DNA of 64,000 nucleotides from Octopus sinensis (Eukaryota), in assembly GCF_006345805.1 (NCBI RefSeq), contig NC_043003.1:87730001-87794000 (forward strand). The letters are read 5' to 3'. The position numbers were made by a program, and so were the translations under genes. The notes below the pieces were generated by a model that ran no database searches, had not been told where the DNA came from, and saw only the letters and a list, made by a program, of their open reading frames with translations. This document shows positions 24,191 to 38,060 of this stretch, piece by piece; within the stretch, counting starts at the first letter, position 1, and the number at the start of each line of letters is the position of its first letter.

Positions 24191-25089
24191 GGGAGATTCT
24201 AAAACATTGTGCTTGTGTCTATACATTGCACCCAATCTGTCCCTTCCAAGCCTTCCCCTACCTCTCATCCCTCCACTCTTCTATGACAATATTCAGCTAC
24301 TACAATCATGAGAGCAGAGTATGCAGATCATTTGCCCCATTGTGCTACCAGTTACCTCCCTAATCCCTGGAACCACTTCCTTTTACAACCCATCCCTCAC
24401 TCTCAATATCATCCCTTTCTACTTATTTTCCACCCACCCCCCTTTGCTGTGCCTCCAGTTATTATTCTTTCTCCTTGAGATATATCTTAGGACTGCCATA
24501 TTTCATCCTTAACTCCCTCTCTTTTCTGCTATCATTCTCATCACTGTGACATATCTGGTTTTGACAGTCTTCCTCCAACTTTGTGTCTCCCACTCACTAC
24601 AGCCATCCCTATGTATCTTTGTCATTCATCTCATTTTACACATCTCTCTCTCTCATCCCACACATTAGCTCCATTTGTTCTGAGGTGAACTCACTCCCAC
24701 CACCATTTTCTGCTACTTAATCCCCCATCTTTTGCCTTTTTCATTATTTCTTTGTAATTAAATCTCCATATTGTCTGATCTGCCAAAAGGTTTCTTATAG
24801 TGCTACTCTCCTCCCTGTCTGCACTCTCATACATTACCTCTTCCTTCCTGAGCCACTTATTCTTTTACTTCACTCTCCTACTACCATGCTGATATTTACC
24901 ATCAACCACACCCCTACCCTAATTCTATTCACTATATTCACTTTTACACCATCTCTAACCATCCACATTCTAATGAACACATCCACCCACTATTCCTGAT
25001 TGTTTGTGTAATTTCTCTTTTATACTCATCTTCTTGTACCTCATGAGTCTATTCTGACATCTTATTACCAATATCATTGTCCTCTTTAC

Positions 25090-27690
25090 ATCTATTCCCA
25101 CCCTTATAATAATGTCCATATGCAACACATGACCATACCAGTGCAGTCATCTCTCTTGTACACCACATCTGATGCCGCTTATGCCTAACTTTTCTCTCAA
25201 GATGCTTACACGCTTACTCTCTGTCAAACATGTACACTGACATTGCACATCCAGTGAAGCATACTGGCTTCATTTCTTTCAAGCCAACGCATATCGTCAG
25301 CTGTCACACACAGCCCATGTTTCACTGCCATGTAGCATGGCTGTTCACACACAGGCATCATACAATCTGCCTTTCACTCTGAGAGAGAGGCTCTTTGTTG
25401 CCAGCAGAAGTAGGAGCTCTATGAACTATGCCCAGCCTAATCTTATTCTCACTGCTATGCTCTTAGAGCATCCATCTCCACTACTAATGTGGACACCTAG
25501 ATAACAGAAGCTATCTACTACCTCTAGCTTTTTCCCCTGCCAGTTAATGGAGTCTATTTTCTACACATTTTCAGCGTTTATTGTAGCAGCTATAAGAGCA
25601 ACGTCATCAACATAGAGGAGCTCCCAGGGGCAGCCTGTCTTGAATTCCTCTGTTATTGCCTGGAAGACTATGATAAATAAGAAGGGGCCAACCATTGATC
25701 CTTGGTGGACCCCCTACATACAGCCTAAATTTTTCGCTGTACTCATTGCCAACCCTCACCTTACTGGTAGCATCCCTGTACACAGCTTGTACAGCTCTCG
25801 CTAACTACTTGCCTATCCCTAGTTTCTGCATTGACCACCAGATAAGGGATCAAGCAACCCTTCAAAGGCTTTCTCCAAATCAACAAAGGCCAGGTACAGA
25901 GGTTCATCTTTGGCTACATATTTCTCCTGTAGCTGTCTTACCAGAAATATAGCATCAGTGGTGCTTCTCCCTGGCACAAAACCAAACTGCATCTCATCTA
26001 GGTTAACTCTTTCCCTAATTAGTTGGGCTATGACTCTCTCTGTAACTTTCATCACCTGATCCAACAATTTGATACCTCCGTAATTATTTCTAAGGCATCA
26101 GCTTTACCTTTGTAGCCATTGACTACGGTGCTGCTACACCAATCAGTGGGTAAGACTCCTTCATGAACCACCTGATTGACAGGTAACTAAGCCATAACCC
26201 ACACCACCAAATATTTAAGCATCTCAGCAGTGATTCCTGATGGGCTGGGGGCTTCCCCTGTCTTCACATCCTTAATTGCTTTATCTACAAAGGTACTGTC
26301 GATTCAGGTAGCTGGTCCCTGAACTGGGTCGCCATTTGGCTGACTCTTCCTTCGCTCCATTCATTCTCCACATTCAGTAGTCTTTCATAATGGCATTTCC
26401 AAGCCTCTTTCTTTGTAGAATCATTAGATGCAAGTGCACCATCATCCATGTGGACACATTTCACTCCTATGACATTGCGATTTTCTCTCACACACTGTCT
26501 TGCAACCAAAACACTTCAGTTCTTTGGTCCTCACATTGCTGAAAATTGGCAAACTTCTTTTCTGCTTCTTTCTTGGTTAGATATATCTGTCTCCTAGCTT
26601 CCCTTCTGGTTATCTGATACAGTTTCCTGCAACTCCAACTCTTCCAGTCCTTTGACACCCATTTCTTTACTCTAATGGCCCTGTCTACCACAACGTTCTA
26701 ACACCATGTTATCCCACAAGCAGGCCTACCAAATGAACAGAAAGACCGTTTTTATTATATTCTTCTGCAAGCTACCTCTAAGACGAATAACAAGGATCTC
26801 ATCTTTGTGGCTGGGGATTTGAATGGGCATGTTGGACAGCAGCCCAGTATTTTCCATGGTGTAGATGAGACCCATAGACTTGGTCTTTGGCACTCAGCAA
26901 GCTGTCCTGCAGGAATTCCCAGTTGCTCTCTATATCACAGGTTTGTAGCTCCTCCTCCCTCACATCAAATTTCTCATTTAGGATGTCCCTAAATCTCTAA
27001 CCATATCAAAGATCCTTAAGCTTCCAAATCCTTCTTTTCCAAATTGGTCTGCTTCTTGGCATCCTTCTGACCTGGAGTCTAAAATCATTAATGACTAATC
27101 AAAGCTGAGGGATACATTCTTCATTGGGAGGGTCTTTGTATTTAAGAGCAACCATGCATCCCGCTGCCTGGTGAGAATGTAATCGATCTGGCTAGCGTAA
27201 CCACCTGATTTGTAGGTTATTAAATGGCTGGTTGGCTTCCTGAAATTGGTGTTGCAGATCAATAGGTTATGTGCATCAGAGAACTCCATTAGCTTTGTTC
27301 CCTCTTCATTTTGGAAACCAATTCTATGGCCCCCATCTACACCATGGAAAATACTGGGCTGCAGTCCAACATGCCCATTCAAGTCCCCACCCACAAAGTG
27401 AGATCCCTGTCATTCGCCTTAGAGGTAGCCTGCAGAAGAATATCATAAAAATGGTCTTTCTGTTCATTTGGTAAGCCTGCTTGTGGGGCATAATCTGCAA
27501 GACTAGCCTGAGCTTAAGCATTCTATCATTCACTCTGACTACTTCTATGAACTTATCCACTAATTTCTCTGCAAGAAGTATGCCCATAACACCTACCCTG
27601 TTACTGTTACCTTCCCAGATTTTATACTTACGTGTCTTGCCTGTGAGGAACCTGGGTGAAGCTCCTCTCCACCTTACTTCTTGGTTGCAA
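25090..27690 (-). mobile_element. Degraded RTE LINE (APE and RT fragments) with internal inverted piece
   Basis: GDLNGHVG...NTNFRK...SQIDYIL (APE) and QFGFVPGRSTTDAIF...FVDLEKAF (RT). Confidence 0.85.
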
Positions 27691-27756
27691 CATATATCAA
27701 CACACCTCCATTCACACACACCTACATATACACATATATATATATATAATATATAT

Positions 27757-27810
<54 letters not shown>

Positions 27811-27919
27811 CACAGATTTACTCATGCATGCATACATATATGTACACACACAAGTATCTCAGAGAACTATTACCTTTGCAAACAACAAAGGAATTATCCC
27901 TCAAGATCAAGGACAGACC

Positions 27920-28300
27920 TTATAATGCTTGTGTGCAAAGTGTGTTGCTGTACGTGAGCAGGTGAGACGTGAGCCTTCAGTGCAGGAGACATGCAAAAAC
28001 GAGAAAGAAATGAAAGGAGCATGCCTCCCTGGGTGTGCCATATTAGTGTGAATAACTGAACTGAGAGACATATTGGACATAAGAGGAGTAAGATGTAGTG
28101 TGCTGGAGAGGAGATTGTGCTAGTATAGACATGTGATGAAAACAGGGGATGATAGCTGCATAAGCAAGTACTGAGGAATCAAAGATGTGGAAGTCTCTTT
28201 TGGTCTCCCTGTGGAAAAGGGAGACCAAGGAAGATTGGGATAATATGGTGAAAAATGACCGCAAGATGTTAGATTGAATGAAGTAGACTGAAGACCATGT
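27920..28300 (+). mobile_element. RTE C-terminal fragment
   Basis: Degenerate similarity to the LYDACV...ERNE...GRPRKTW region. Confidence 0.55.
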
Positions 28301-29781
28301 TAACTGGTTGTACGTGGTGCTGCAGATCTGACCTCTTACACAACCCTCCTTGCCTAATGTATGTTTGTTTTTTCTGCATGTATCTCCACACCTGTCTATT
28401 ACCTATTCTATACCCTCGCATCCTTCCACCATTTACTCTCAAAACCACTGTGCCTCTTCTGTACCTTTTTATCTCTTCTCACTGTGCCTAGTTTGTACCT
28501 TCTCATCTCTTCTACTCATTGTGCCATGCTATGACACCCATAACTGAGAGGAAAGGACATTATTTGCACATACTGATTATCTCCCTTCCATATACCTCCC
28601 CACCTATATCCTGAAGCACCTTATTCTTTCTTCCTGATTCATGATACTTAAGTGAGAAGTGATTGTAATCTTGCAGCTGTTACCAACCCTCCATAATTCT
28701 TCCACCTGCTCTCTTGGACATGTTAACTTCAGGATATGCCCCAGCTTATCATCACTTTATCTCCCTTCCATGCAGCACTCTACCTACTTCTTGTTTAACA
28801 TGGAGGAGCACTGCATCTCTTCCTACTCAAATACCCCTACTGCCCTATCATTCTACCTCTCTCCCAATAACCCCTCTGGCACTACTTTTCACTTTCTGTC
28901 CCTTACCCAAATCCCAACACACACACTTTTTCAAAAAATTTTCTATTAGTCCCTCCTCTACCACTCTCTTAATAATAAATACCTGTGTAACACTCAAGAA
29001 GAATGTCTTGGACCCTGAGAAACTGTCCATCTCATGCTAGCATGCCAGACACTGGATTTTGCCCTTCAACCTGCCCATTAAGATTACCACATTGTCTGCC
29101 TTCTCTTTCATACTAATCCCAGATATTACTTTTCTTCCCCAGTCCCCTCCATTACTCCTATCTAATACTGTTTCCTTCGTTATTCTCTCCATTACAATCC
29201 TCTTACAATAAATCTGTTCCATCCACCATGGTAGCTCATTTTGCACAGCAAGCTGATCCCACCAGTACTGGTGTCACAAAATACACCCAGTACAATCTGT
29301 AGGTGGTTGGTAATCAATACAAGCATTGACAAAGCAGGGCCTGTGAGTTTCTTTTGTCTGGCTGACAGCAATGCAACCTCTGTAGTGCTGATGCCATAGA
29401 AAATGCACCCAGTACACTCTGTAAAGTAGTTGATGTGTTCCATGGCTTTGAGGAGTGAGGAACCAGCTCTTAGCTATTACTTTTCCCAGGTATACTCTGT
29501 CCAAGTGGTTGAAATCAAGAGAAGGAAGACTGATGCATGCAACAGAAGACAAAAGGCAAATCTATAGGAAAAGAACACAACAACTCAAACAGCACCATGA
29601 TAGCCCACAAGTGCAGCTCGTGTAGCAGAGACTACAGTCACACATTGGACAGTCCAGCGACTGACAATGCTATTCCAGTAGTGTGGACAACTAGGACCTT
29701 CATCCTTGGTCATTAAAGACATATGGAGGCCTGAAAAAAAAAGGGAAAGAGATCTTCAAAAAAAATAAACAGTTATCTCAC

Positions 29782-29854
29782 CTCAAGTTTCTTAAAATTC
29801 CGACACAGAATTATCATTTTCCTCACTGCCTTCACATTCATTTCTACTGCTAAC
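29782..29854 (-). CDS. FAR1: FAR coding exon 3 (73 nt)
   Basis: Acceptor TTTTCTTTTTTGTCAG; (R)LAVEMNVKAVRKMIILCRNFKKLE; donor GTGAGA. Phase 2 to 0, exactly bridging the flanking exons and matching the FAR 'AVxxNV...KxLE' helix. Confidence 0.92.
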
Positions 29855-30999
29855 CTGACAAAAAAGAAAAAGAGAATGGTTCACATAAACCCCATATATT
29901 ATAACTGAAATTATTGAATAATTCATACACTTTACAGATGCTAAAAAAAAAAACCATCATCATCATTTTAACATCCACTTTTCCATTCTTGCATGAGTCA
30001 GATGGAATTTATTGATGCAGATTTTCTACAGCTGGATGCTTTTCTTGTTACCAACCCTCACTTGCTACAAATCAAGGTAATATTTTCCCATGACCAGGTA
30101 TGTTTTTGAAAATGAATGACACTAATTGCATAACACTAACACTCATTTACAACAACAATGTAATGCCAGGACAAGACAAGATGACACAAACATACACACA
30201 TATGCACATACAAGCATATGTCTTTTTTCAGTTTCTATAATCAGCCTGAGACCCTGCAGTAGGGGTATTTGCTTGGGAAGCAAACTTCTTAATTCTACAG
30301 TCATGCCTGCATATAAAAATTTCTTTCCAATATAAATATAACAAACAATGAATTAGTAGAGTCATTAGAATGTTGGACAGAATGCTTTGCAGTATTTGTT
30401 TTGGCTTTTTACATCCTGCTGAGGTCAACTTTGCCTTTCATCCTATTGGAGTCCAAGAGGATGTACTGATGGAATTTGTAAAAACATTGAACAAGATGTT
30501 TTGCATCTGGTACAGTGATTTTACAAATATTGCAAGGTGTACTTGTGGTATTTGTTCTGAATTCAATGCTCTATTTGGGTGGTAGCCATGGCCTACTTGG
30601 GTGGTAGACTTAACTGTCACCCAGTTTAATACCACCACCTGGTAACTTTAACAGAGTCTGCTTTCTTGTAGGTATTTGGGCTAGGTCTCCAGTTTCAGAG
30701 GTGCCATAATAGGTCATTGGTATTGCTTTCACTCCTCCATAAAAGATTTAAAAAATACTTGGTTGAGGCTGTATTCATGATATAAAAGTAACAAAGATAT
30801 TTATGGGTTCAGGGATTGCTATGTGCTTAAAAAGACCCTTTCACAACCAAAATAGTTCTAGTGCATCCCATTGTAATTACTCAGTTTAAATCAATTAAAA
30901 ACCTTTTATTTATTTCAGATCCCCTATGGCAAAGAAAATGCTAACACAAAAAATGAAAAGACACGCAGAACATAGAAATTATCAGCTTTCTAAATGTTA

Positions 31000-31320
31000 C
31001 AAAACCTTTCAGATGGAATTGAAAGCCTCTCGGGAGAATGTCTTAACTGTATAAAATCAGACACTACAAGGACACTACATTCATCCAGTAGATTCAAAAC
31101 ATTATCAGTGATGATTCTAGAGAATCAATGAGGGCAACTACCAAAGAACTTCAGGTATCAGACTGGACTATCAGAACTCTGGTGCATGAGGACATTCAAT
31201 AAAAGTCATATGTCCTGAGAGGAGGCCAATTCATGTCTGCAAAGACACAGGAAAATCATTTGATATGCACTAAACAGTTACTTAACAATGTTAAAATTAC
31301 TCATGAACATGGCATGCTTT
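31000..31320 (+). mobile_element. Tc1/mariner (maT-like) transposase N-terminal remnant
   Basis: IQNIISDDSRESMRATTKELQVSDWTIRTLVHEDIQ*KSYV (HTH); related to ~43480-43690. Confidence 0.55.
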
Positions 31321-31324
31321 GCAG

Positions 31325-31940
31325 AAGTAACTAGCTGAAAGTAAACCATTGTACTTGGCTTTCATCAATCTGGAGAAAGCTTTTGAAAGAGTCCCTCACT
31401 CTGTTACCTGGTGGTTTCTAAGGAAGTTAGTAGACAAGTGGATTGTTAAAAATATACAATCCATGTATAGCAGTGCTATCAGTAGTGTGAGTCGACCATG
31501 AGTACATTAATGAATTTAGTGTACAAGTTGGAGTGCACCAGGGATCAGTTCTCAGACTCCTACTCATCATAGTCCTCCAGGCCACAACAGAGGAAACTAC
31601 TATGTGCTGATGACCTTGCTCTTATAGCAGAATCTATAGTGGAATCAGAGAAATTCCACATATGGAAGTAAAACCTGGAATCAAAAGGCCTTAAAGTTTA
31701 TCTAGCAAAGACTAAAGTTGTTGTTAGCAAGAAAGCAGCTAAGACTCTCTTTCTGTCAGATAAAAAGCCTTTCTCATTATGTTGGAAGGAATTCCATTCA
31801 TTGCACCCAGTGCAAGCTATGGGCACATAAGAGGTGCAGTGGAATCATAGATAGATTAAAAGAGAATGTTTGTTTTCTGTGCCTGTGGCAGATGTGCACA
31901 AAAAATAAGTACAAGGACACACAGGCATTAGATTTTCGTT
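31325..31940 (+). mobile_element. Degraded RTE fragment
   Basis: LEKAFERVPH, GVHQGSVL and CADDLAL motifs in broken frames. Confidence 0.75.
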
Positions 31941-32209
31941 GCTATCCTGTTGTCCTCCACCTCCTCTATATACCCAGGTTTTACCAGTCACTGCATTCCT
32001 CACCCCTACACTCTTTGCACTCATGTGAAGTCCCCACTCCCTACTCATGCACCCTTGGCAATACTCTATCATCCCATTTTTATTCTGATCCCTGTACCTT
32101 GAGGGTGTATTTTGCCACCACCTCTCTCCAACTTTCTCTTGCACTATCACACTCTCACTCTCTTGCACTTTCTCTCTCTCTCTCTCTCTCTCTTTCTTTC
32201 TCTCTCTCA

Positions 32210-32790
32210 GCATATAGTAGTTCCAACAGGCAGCTTGTTTTGAATTCCTCTGTCATGGCCTGGAGGACTATGATGAATAAAAGTGGACTGAGAACTGAGC
32301 CCTCTAACTTCCTTAGAACAAGATCAAAAAGATCAACAAAAACTAAGTACAATGGTTTACTTTAGGCCAAATACTTCTCTTGCAGCTGTCCACTAGGAAG
32401 ATGGTGTCTGTGGTATTCTTCCCAGGTACAAAACCAAAATGCACCTCATCTGGTTTAATTCTATTCCTAAACAATTGAGCTATAACTCTAACTTTCTTGA
32501 CGTGGTCCAGGTCATGAACAACCTGATTAACTATACAAATCATTCAGTCACTAGGTTATATCCTACTCCACTAGATATTTTAAGCATCTCAGCAGTGATT
32601 CCTGATGATCTAGGAGCTTTCCCTGTCTTCATATTCTTAATTGCCTTATCTACTATACTGCTGTCAATTCTGTTGGTTCAATATTTGAAAACTCTTCTTC
32701 CATGCACTTTCCACATTTAGCACCTTTCATAGTGGCACTTCTATGCATCTTTCTTCTCTGAATCACTAAGTGCAAGTATACCATTATCCA
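32210..32790 (-). mobile_element. Degraded RTE fragment
   Basis: HFGFVPGKNTTDTIF; GSVLSPLLFIIVLQAMTEEFK. Confidence 0.75.
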
Positions 32791-33269
32791 TTCCCTCTCC
32801 CTCTTCCTTACTCTACCATCCTATCTATGCCCTAATCCCTGTTCCTTGCAAGTATACCCTGGCACTTGCTGCCATCCCTCTCTTGCTCTTTCCTACTCTC
32901 TCTCTCTCTCTCTCTCTTTCCCTTGCTCTCCTCTCTGGCCGAGTAATCATGTATCTCCTATACAGCAACAAACCAGTTTCTGCCCTCATTCTTGATCATT
33001 CTCTCTCCCTCCTTCCCTTGCCCTTACCTCTGGCTAGGTAACCATTACATCCTTTATAGCAGCATACTGCTTGTTAACCCCCACTCTCTCTCCAAGTAAC
33101 TGCTTCTGCCTTCATTCTTGTTAACTCTCACTCTTTCTCTTCTCTCTCCCTCTCTCTGGCTGGGTAACCATGGACCTCCTCTACAGCAAAACATATGTTT
33201 CTGTCGCTCTGTCACACTCTAATCTTTCATCATCTGACACAAGATCATCTCCTTTATTGCCCCCTCCCC

Positions 33270-33585
33270 TCTCAAAGACTCTGTCTTGCAAAGTCACTTG
33301 GTGACCCTACAAGTGCAGGTGCCACGTAAAAAGCACCCAGTCCACACTGTAAAGTAATTGGCATTTGGAAAGGCATCAAGCTGTAAAAAACCATGCTAAA
33401 ATCAACCTCACTTGTACGAGTGCCATGTAAAAAGCACTCAGCCCACTCTTCGGAGTGGTTGGTGTTAGGAAGAGCATCCAGCCATAAAAACCATGCCAAA
33501 TTACACTCTGCCAGGCCAGCTCCTGTCAAACCATTCAACCCATACCAGCATGGAAGGAAGATGATAAATGATGATGATGATGATT
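33270..33585 (+). mobile_element. RTE 3' terminus with (GAT)n
   Basis: GTGCCACGTAAAAAGCACC...AGGAAGAGCATCCAGCC...GATGATGAT. Confidence 0.7.
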
Positions 33586-34019
33586 TCTCACTCACATCTC
33601 TATTCTCTCTGATATACTGCTTTGCAATCCAGAACACCTCACACCTCTGCTGCTGAAAAGTGTTCAACTGCATAACAGTTAGAAAGAATGTACTTCCCGA
33701 ATGGTGTTTAAATATAAACTCAGCAACTTAAAGCTGGTGTGCAGTGCAAAAACAAAAGTTGTGATCTACTATTAAAGCCTGTCATTCTTCATCCTTGTGT
33801 ATATTATCCTTGTATCAATCTTATGTAAAGAGGAGTTCTACATTTATATCCAGCCCTGGAATATACCCTACTGTAGGATACTATGTGGCAACCAAATTAT
33901 GACATAAGACTCAGTGTCTGACAGAGTTGTAGGGGTACTGTTGGGGTATATGACATGTCTTGAGCATTTTTGTTGACACAAACCTGGTAGACAGATGGCC
34001 ACATCTATATTCTCCACAG

Positions 34020-35335
34020 AGAGAGAGAGAAGAATCAATTCTTGCACAAGATTGGTACTTTATTACAGGACCAGATTATGAAAGTTGATAAAAGAGTTAT
34101 AGCACAAATGATACCATCTTAGTGCAATAGTGAGACAACTAGGAAGCTAAGTAGTATTTAACTAAGAGCAAGCCTTGATATCTAGTATTCATCAATCTGG
34201 AGAAGGCCTTTGACAAGTTTCTTCTACATTCTATAAAGAATAATTGGGTGTAGATGATTGGGTTGTGAGGACCATACATGCTATGTACAGAAAGGCAGTA
34301 AGCAATAAGTTCAGCAACAAATTTAGCATACAGGTAAGGGTCCATCAAAGCTCAGTTTTCAGCCCATTCCTATTATTATTATCCTCTAAGCTGTAACGGA
34401 GAAGTTCAAAATCAGTTGGCTGTTGGGGCACCTGTACACTAATGCTGATGATCTAAGTTTTATAGCTGAATCTGTGGAAGATTTATATAAGAAATTCCAG
34501 ACCTTGTAGCATAACATAGAATCAAGAAGCCTCAATGTACATTTAGCAGAGAATAATGTTTTACTCCACAAGAAAGAAGTCCTGCTCGATATGTATAAAA
34601 GGTATAGGTAGAAATTTCATACAGAATACCCAATCTAGACATACAACAGAGGTAGGATCATAGGCAAGCTGATAGAGAAGACAGATTTCATGAGTGGCAG
34701 ATGCTTAGGAGCATCTAGCAGTGAGAGTATGAATGTAATAAACTCCTTCAAATGCTTAGAAGGCTCCCTAAAAGTAGATGACAGCTTTTATTAATTATAT
34801 AACCAAAGTGGATGTCACAAAAACATTGTAGCCAGCATAAATACATGGGAAAAAGTCAAGTAAGTTACTGCTTGTTCTGGTAATGAAGTGTCTCTCTCTC
34901 TCAGGGTAAAGGAAAGATTGGACGATGATTGCATCTGAAGTTTGATAATATACAGTAGTGAGGAATGGCCTTGAATACAGAAAAATGTAAAGACTGGAGA
35001 GAAATGAAGTGAGCATGTTCAACTGATATGTAATGTTGTGCACAAACAACAGAGCAAAAATGAACTGAGAGCAAACCTGAATACAAGAGGAATCAGATAT
35101 AGGATGCAAGACAGAAGACTGCACAAGTATGGGCATATAATGTCAAGGGGAAGGAAGTTTGAGTTGCATAAAGAAATGCTTGCTCAAAATGGATGGAAAA
35201 TGTGGAAGGGAAAGACCTATGAAGACATGAAGAGGTGAAGATTATTGATCTCAAAAAGCTGAACCTCAATGAATGAAATAACAAAAATGAGTAGCAAAAA
35301 TGTGGTGTTAGAGAGAACCTAACCACTCAAGTAAA
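34020..35335 (+). mobile_element. Highly degraded RTE
   Basis: LEKAFD, HQSSVFSP and ADDL remnants colinear with the other RTE copies. Confidence 0.65.
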
Positions 35336-35805
35336 AGTAGCGTGTACAATATACTTACATTGGATTTCTCATTCAATATGCTTCTATTAAGCATCCAACA
35401 ACAGCTCTGCATTGCATTGGTCCTCTTCTCTCCCACCATCATTATCATTCACCTCTTTCTCATCATGACACTGGTCTAACAACATCAGATCTGTCCACAT
35501 TCAACACTTTTTTACTGTGAGCCATCACTTTCACTCTCCCCATTTATTGACAACAGTCTCTTAACATCATCCCTCTTTATGGCTGTCTCTCAATCTTTCA
35601 CCTTCATGTGTATGCACACACTGCACTCTCTTTGTCATTCTCCATTGATATGCACTACCCATGCCCTCACTACTTAGATACCATCTTTCATGACTCTGAC
35701 CCACCCTATCACTCCCTCTTTCACACTATGTCACTCATGCTGGTTTTCCATCCAGTCCTCTCACCAATAACCAACATGTCATTGCCTATCATCACCACCA
35801 ATCTC

Positions 35806-37140
35806 AAATCATTCCAATACCCCAAAAAGGCGATTTATCCCTTGTCACCAACTACAGGGGTATATCTCTAATGTCAATTGCTGCAAAACTGTACAACAAA
35901 CTGATCCTAAATCGTCTTGTCCTTTTTGTTGAACCTTTGCTCCGAAAGAACCAAAATGGATTCAGACATGGGCGCTCAACGCTGAGCCAGATACTATGCC
36001 TGCGCAGACTTATTGAAGAATCAAAAGTATTTAATCGCGATCTTGCAATGGTATTTGTAGACTTTTCTAAAGCGTTCGATTCTGTAGATAGGTACAAGAT
36101 GTTTGAAATCCTTAAGCTCTATGGGATACCAGACAAAATTATTTCTGCCATCAAGGTCCTCTACACAGATACATCTTCAACCATCTTAACCATCTTAACA
36201 TCATCTTTCTCAATCAAAGCCGGAATACTGCAGGGAGACACACTCGCCCCATTTCTTTTCATCATTGTTGTTGATTATGTGCTACGTATGTCAGTTGATA
36301 CCATCTCTGGCAACGACTTTGAAATAAAACCAAGAAGAAGTTCCAGACACCCAGCTGAGTACTTGACAGACACTGACTTTGCTGACGACATCGCTCTTAT
36401 CAGTGATTCTCTCTCGAAGGCCCAGTCTCTTTTACAATCTCTTGAACAAGCCTCAAATTGTGTAGGTCTTTACCTCAATGAGGCCAAAACTGAATACATA
36501 AACAAGTGCCTGTCCAACAGTGATTTCATCATCCATACTCTCAACAGTACGCCTTTAAATATGGTTTCTGATTATAAATATCTTGGGTCATGCATATCAT
36601 CATCTGGAAAAGACTTTCTAACTAGAAAGGGTATGGCCTGGTCAGCCTGTAATGACATGCATAAGATCTGGTCATCAAATCTAAGTAGAGACTTCAAACT
36701 TGAAATATTCAAAGCCACAGTCGAACCAATTCTACTATATGGCTCAGAAACCTGGACGTTATCAAAGAAGCTTGAGAGGCAGTTGGATGGAACCTACACT
36801 CGCCTCCTTATGAGAGCTCAAAATCTCTCATGGAAGCGTCATCCAACCAAAATGCAAATATATGGGAAACTACCACCTGTGTCATCTCTTGTGAAAGGTA
36901 GGAGAGTCCAGTTTGCTGGACATTGTTGTAGAGCTGAAAAAGAAGTAATTTCTACTCTTCTCCTCTGGAAGCCATCTACTCGCAATACCAGAGGGCGCAC
37001 ACTCTCCTACCCTGATGTAATCTCCAGGGATACAGGCATCAAGCAACAGGACCTCCGTAATGCTATGATGGACCGTGAAGTCTGGCATAACATAGTAAAT
37101 TCCATTGTCTCGACCACGGTTGGACAATGAATGAAATGAT
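35806..37140 (+). mobile_element. Young 5'-truncated RTE-type LINE of a second family; open 419-aa RT ORF (35871-37130)
   Basis: NYRGISLMSIAAK...QNGFRHGRST...FVDFSKAFDSV...GILQGDTLAPFLF...DFADDIAL...YKYLGS...LLYGSETW; (TGAA)-type tail right after the stop. Confidence 0.9.
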
Positions 37141-37489
37141 CACCTCCCTTCTCACTGCATATCATTACCTTTCTTTTCACCAGCTATTATTACCTCTCTT
37201 GTTACTGCCTATCACTACTTTTCTTCTTGCTCCCATTGCTACTTCTCTTTCCATTGCTACCTCTCTTCCCACTCCTATCACTAATTCTTATATTCTGTTT
37301 TCCCTTACACTTCCACCCTCATTCTCTCTCACTCATATTTCTCTTAAACAAAGGAAGACAACATAAAGAAAATTCTTGTCTTACATAGAACAAGGCAACA
37401 TCTCTAGCAGTGGTGCCACAAGAAAATGAAAACTCTGCAAAATGCTTGATGTTAGGAAGGACATCTAACCGTGGAAACAATTTTCTTTC

Positions 37490-38060
37490 AGTCCACTCCT
37501 GCTTAAGTGAGTAGTTTCCTATCTGTTTTCTTAGTTACTAGAACTTTGATATTTACTAAGTTAACTTTTAAGACACTTTGACTCTAGGTTTTTCTTTCAC
37601 ACCCAGAGCTTCTTTTCTAATTCTGTTACAGATTCCACTATGAGAGTGAAATCATCAGCATATAGTAGTTCTTAAGGGCAGCTGGTCTTGAATGCCTCTG
37701 TTATGACTTACAGGACAAGGATGAATAGGAAGGGACTGAGAACCAAGCCCTAGTGAACACCTGCCTGTACTGTGAATTCATCACTGAACTGTGGTTAACT
37801 CTTACCTTACCTTTTTACATACCTTGTATGGCTCTCACAAGCCATTCATCTACTCCTAGCTTCCTCAGAGACCACCATATCACAGCTTCCTCCAGGTCCA
37901 TAAATGCTATGTACAATGGTTTACTCTTAGCTAAACACTTCTGAAGTTATCTAAGAAGATAGCATCAGTAATACTTTTCCCAAACAAAAACCAAACTGCA
38001 TTTCATCTAGTCTAATTCTGTTCCTAATTAATTGGGCTATAACTCATTCCATGGGGCTGC
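37490..38060 (-). mobile_element. Degraded RTE fragment
   Basis: Minus-strand LLYADDF and MQFGFC remnants. Confidence 0.65.
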
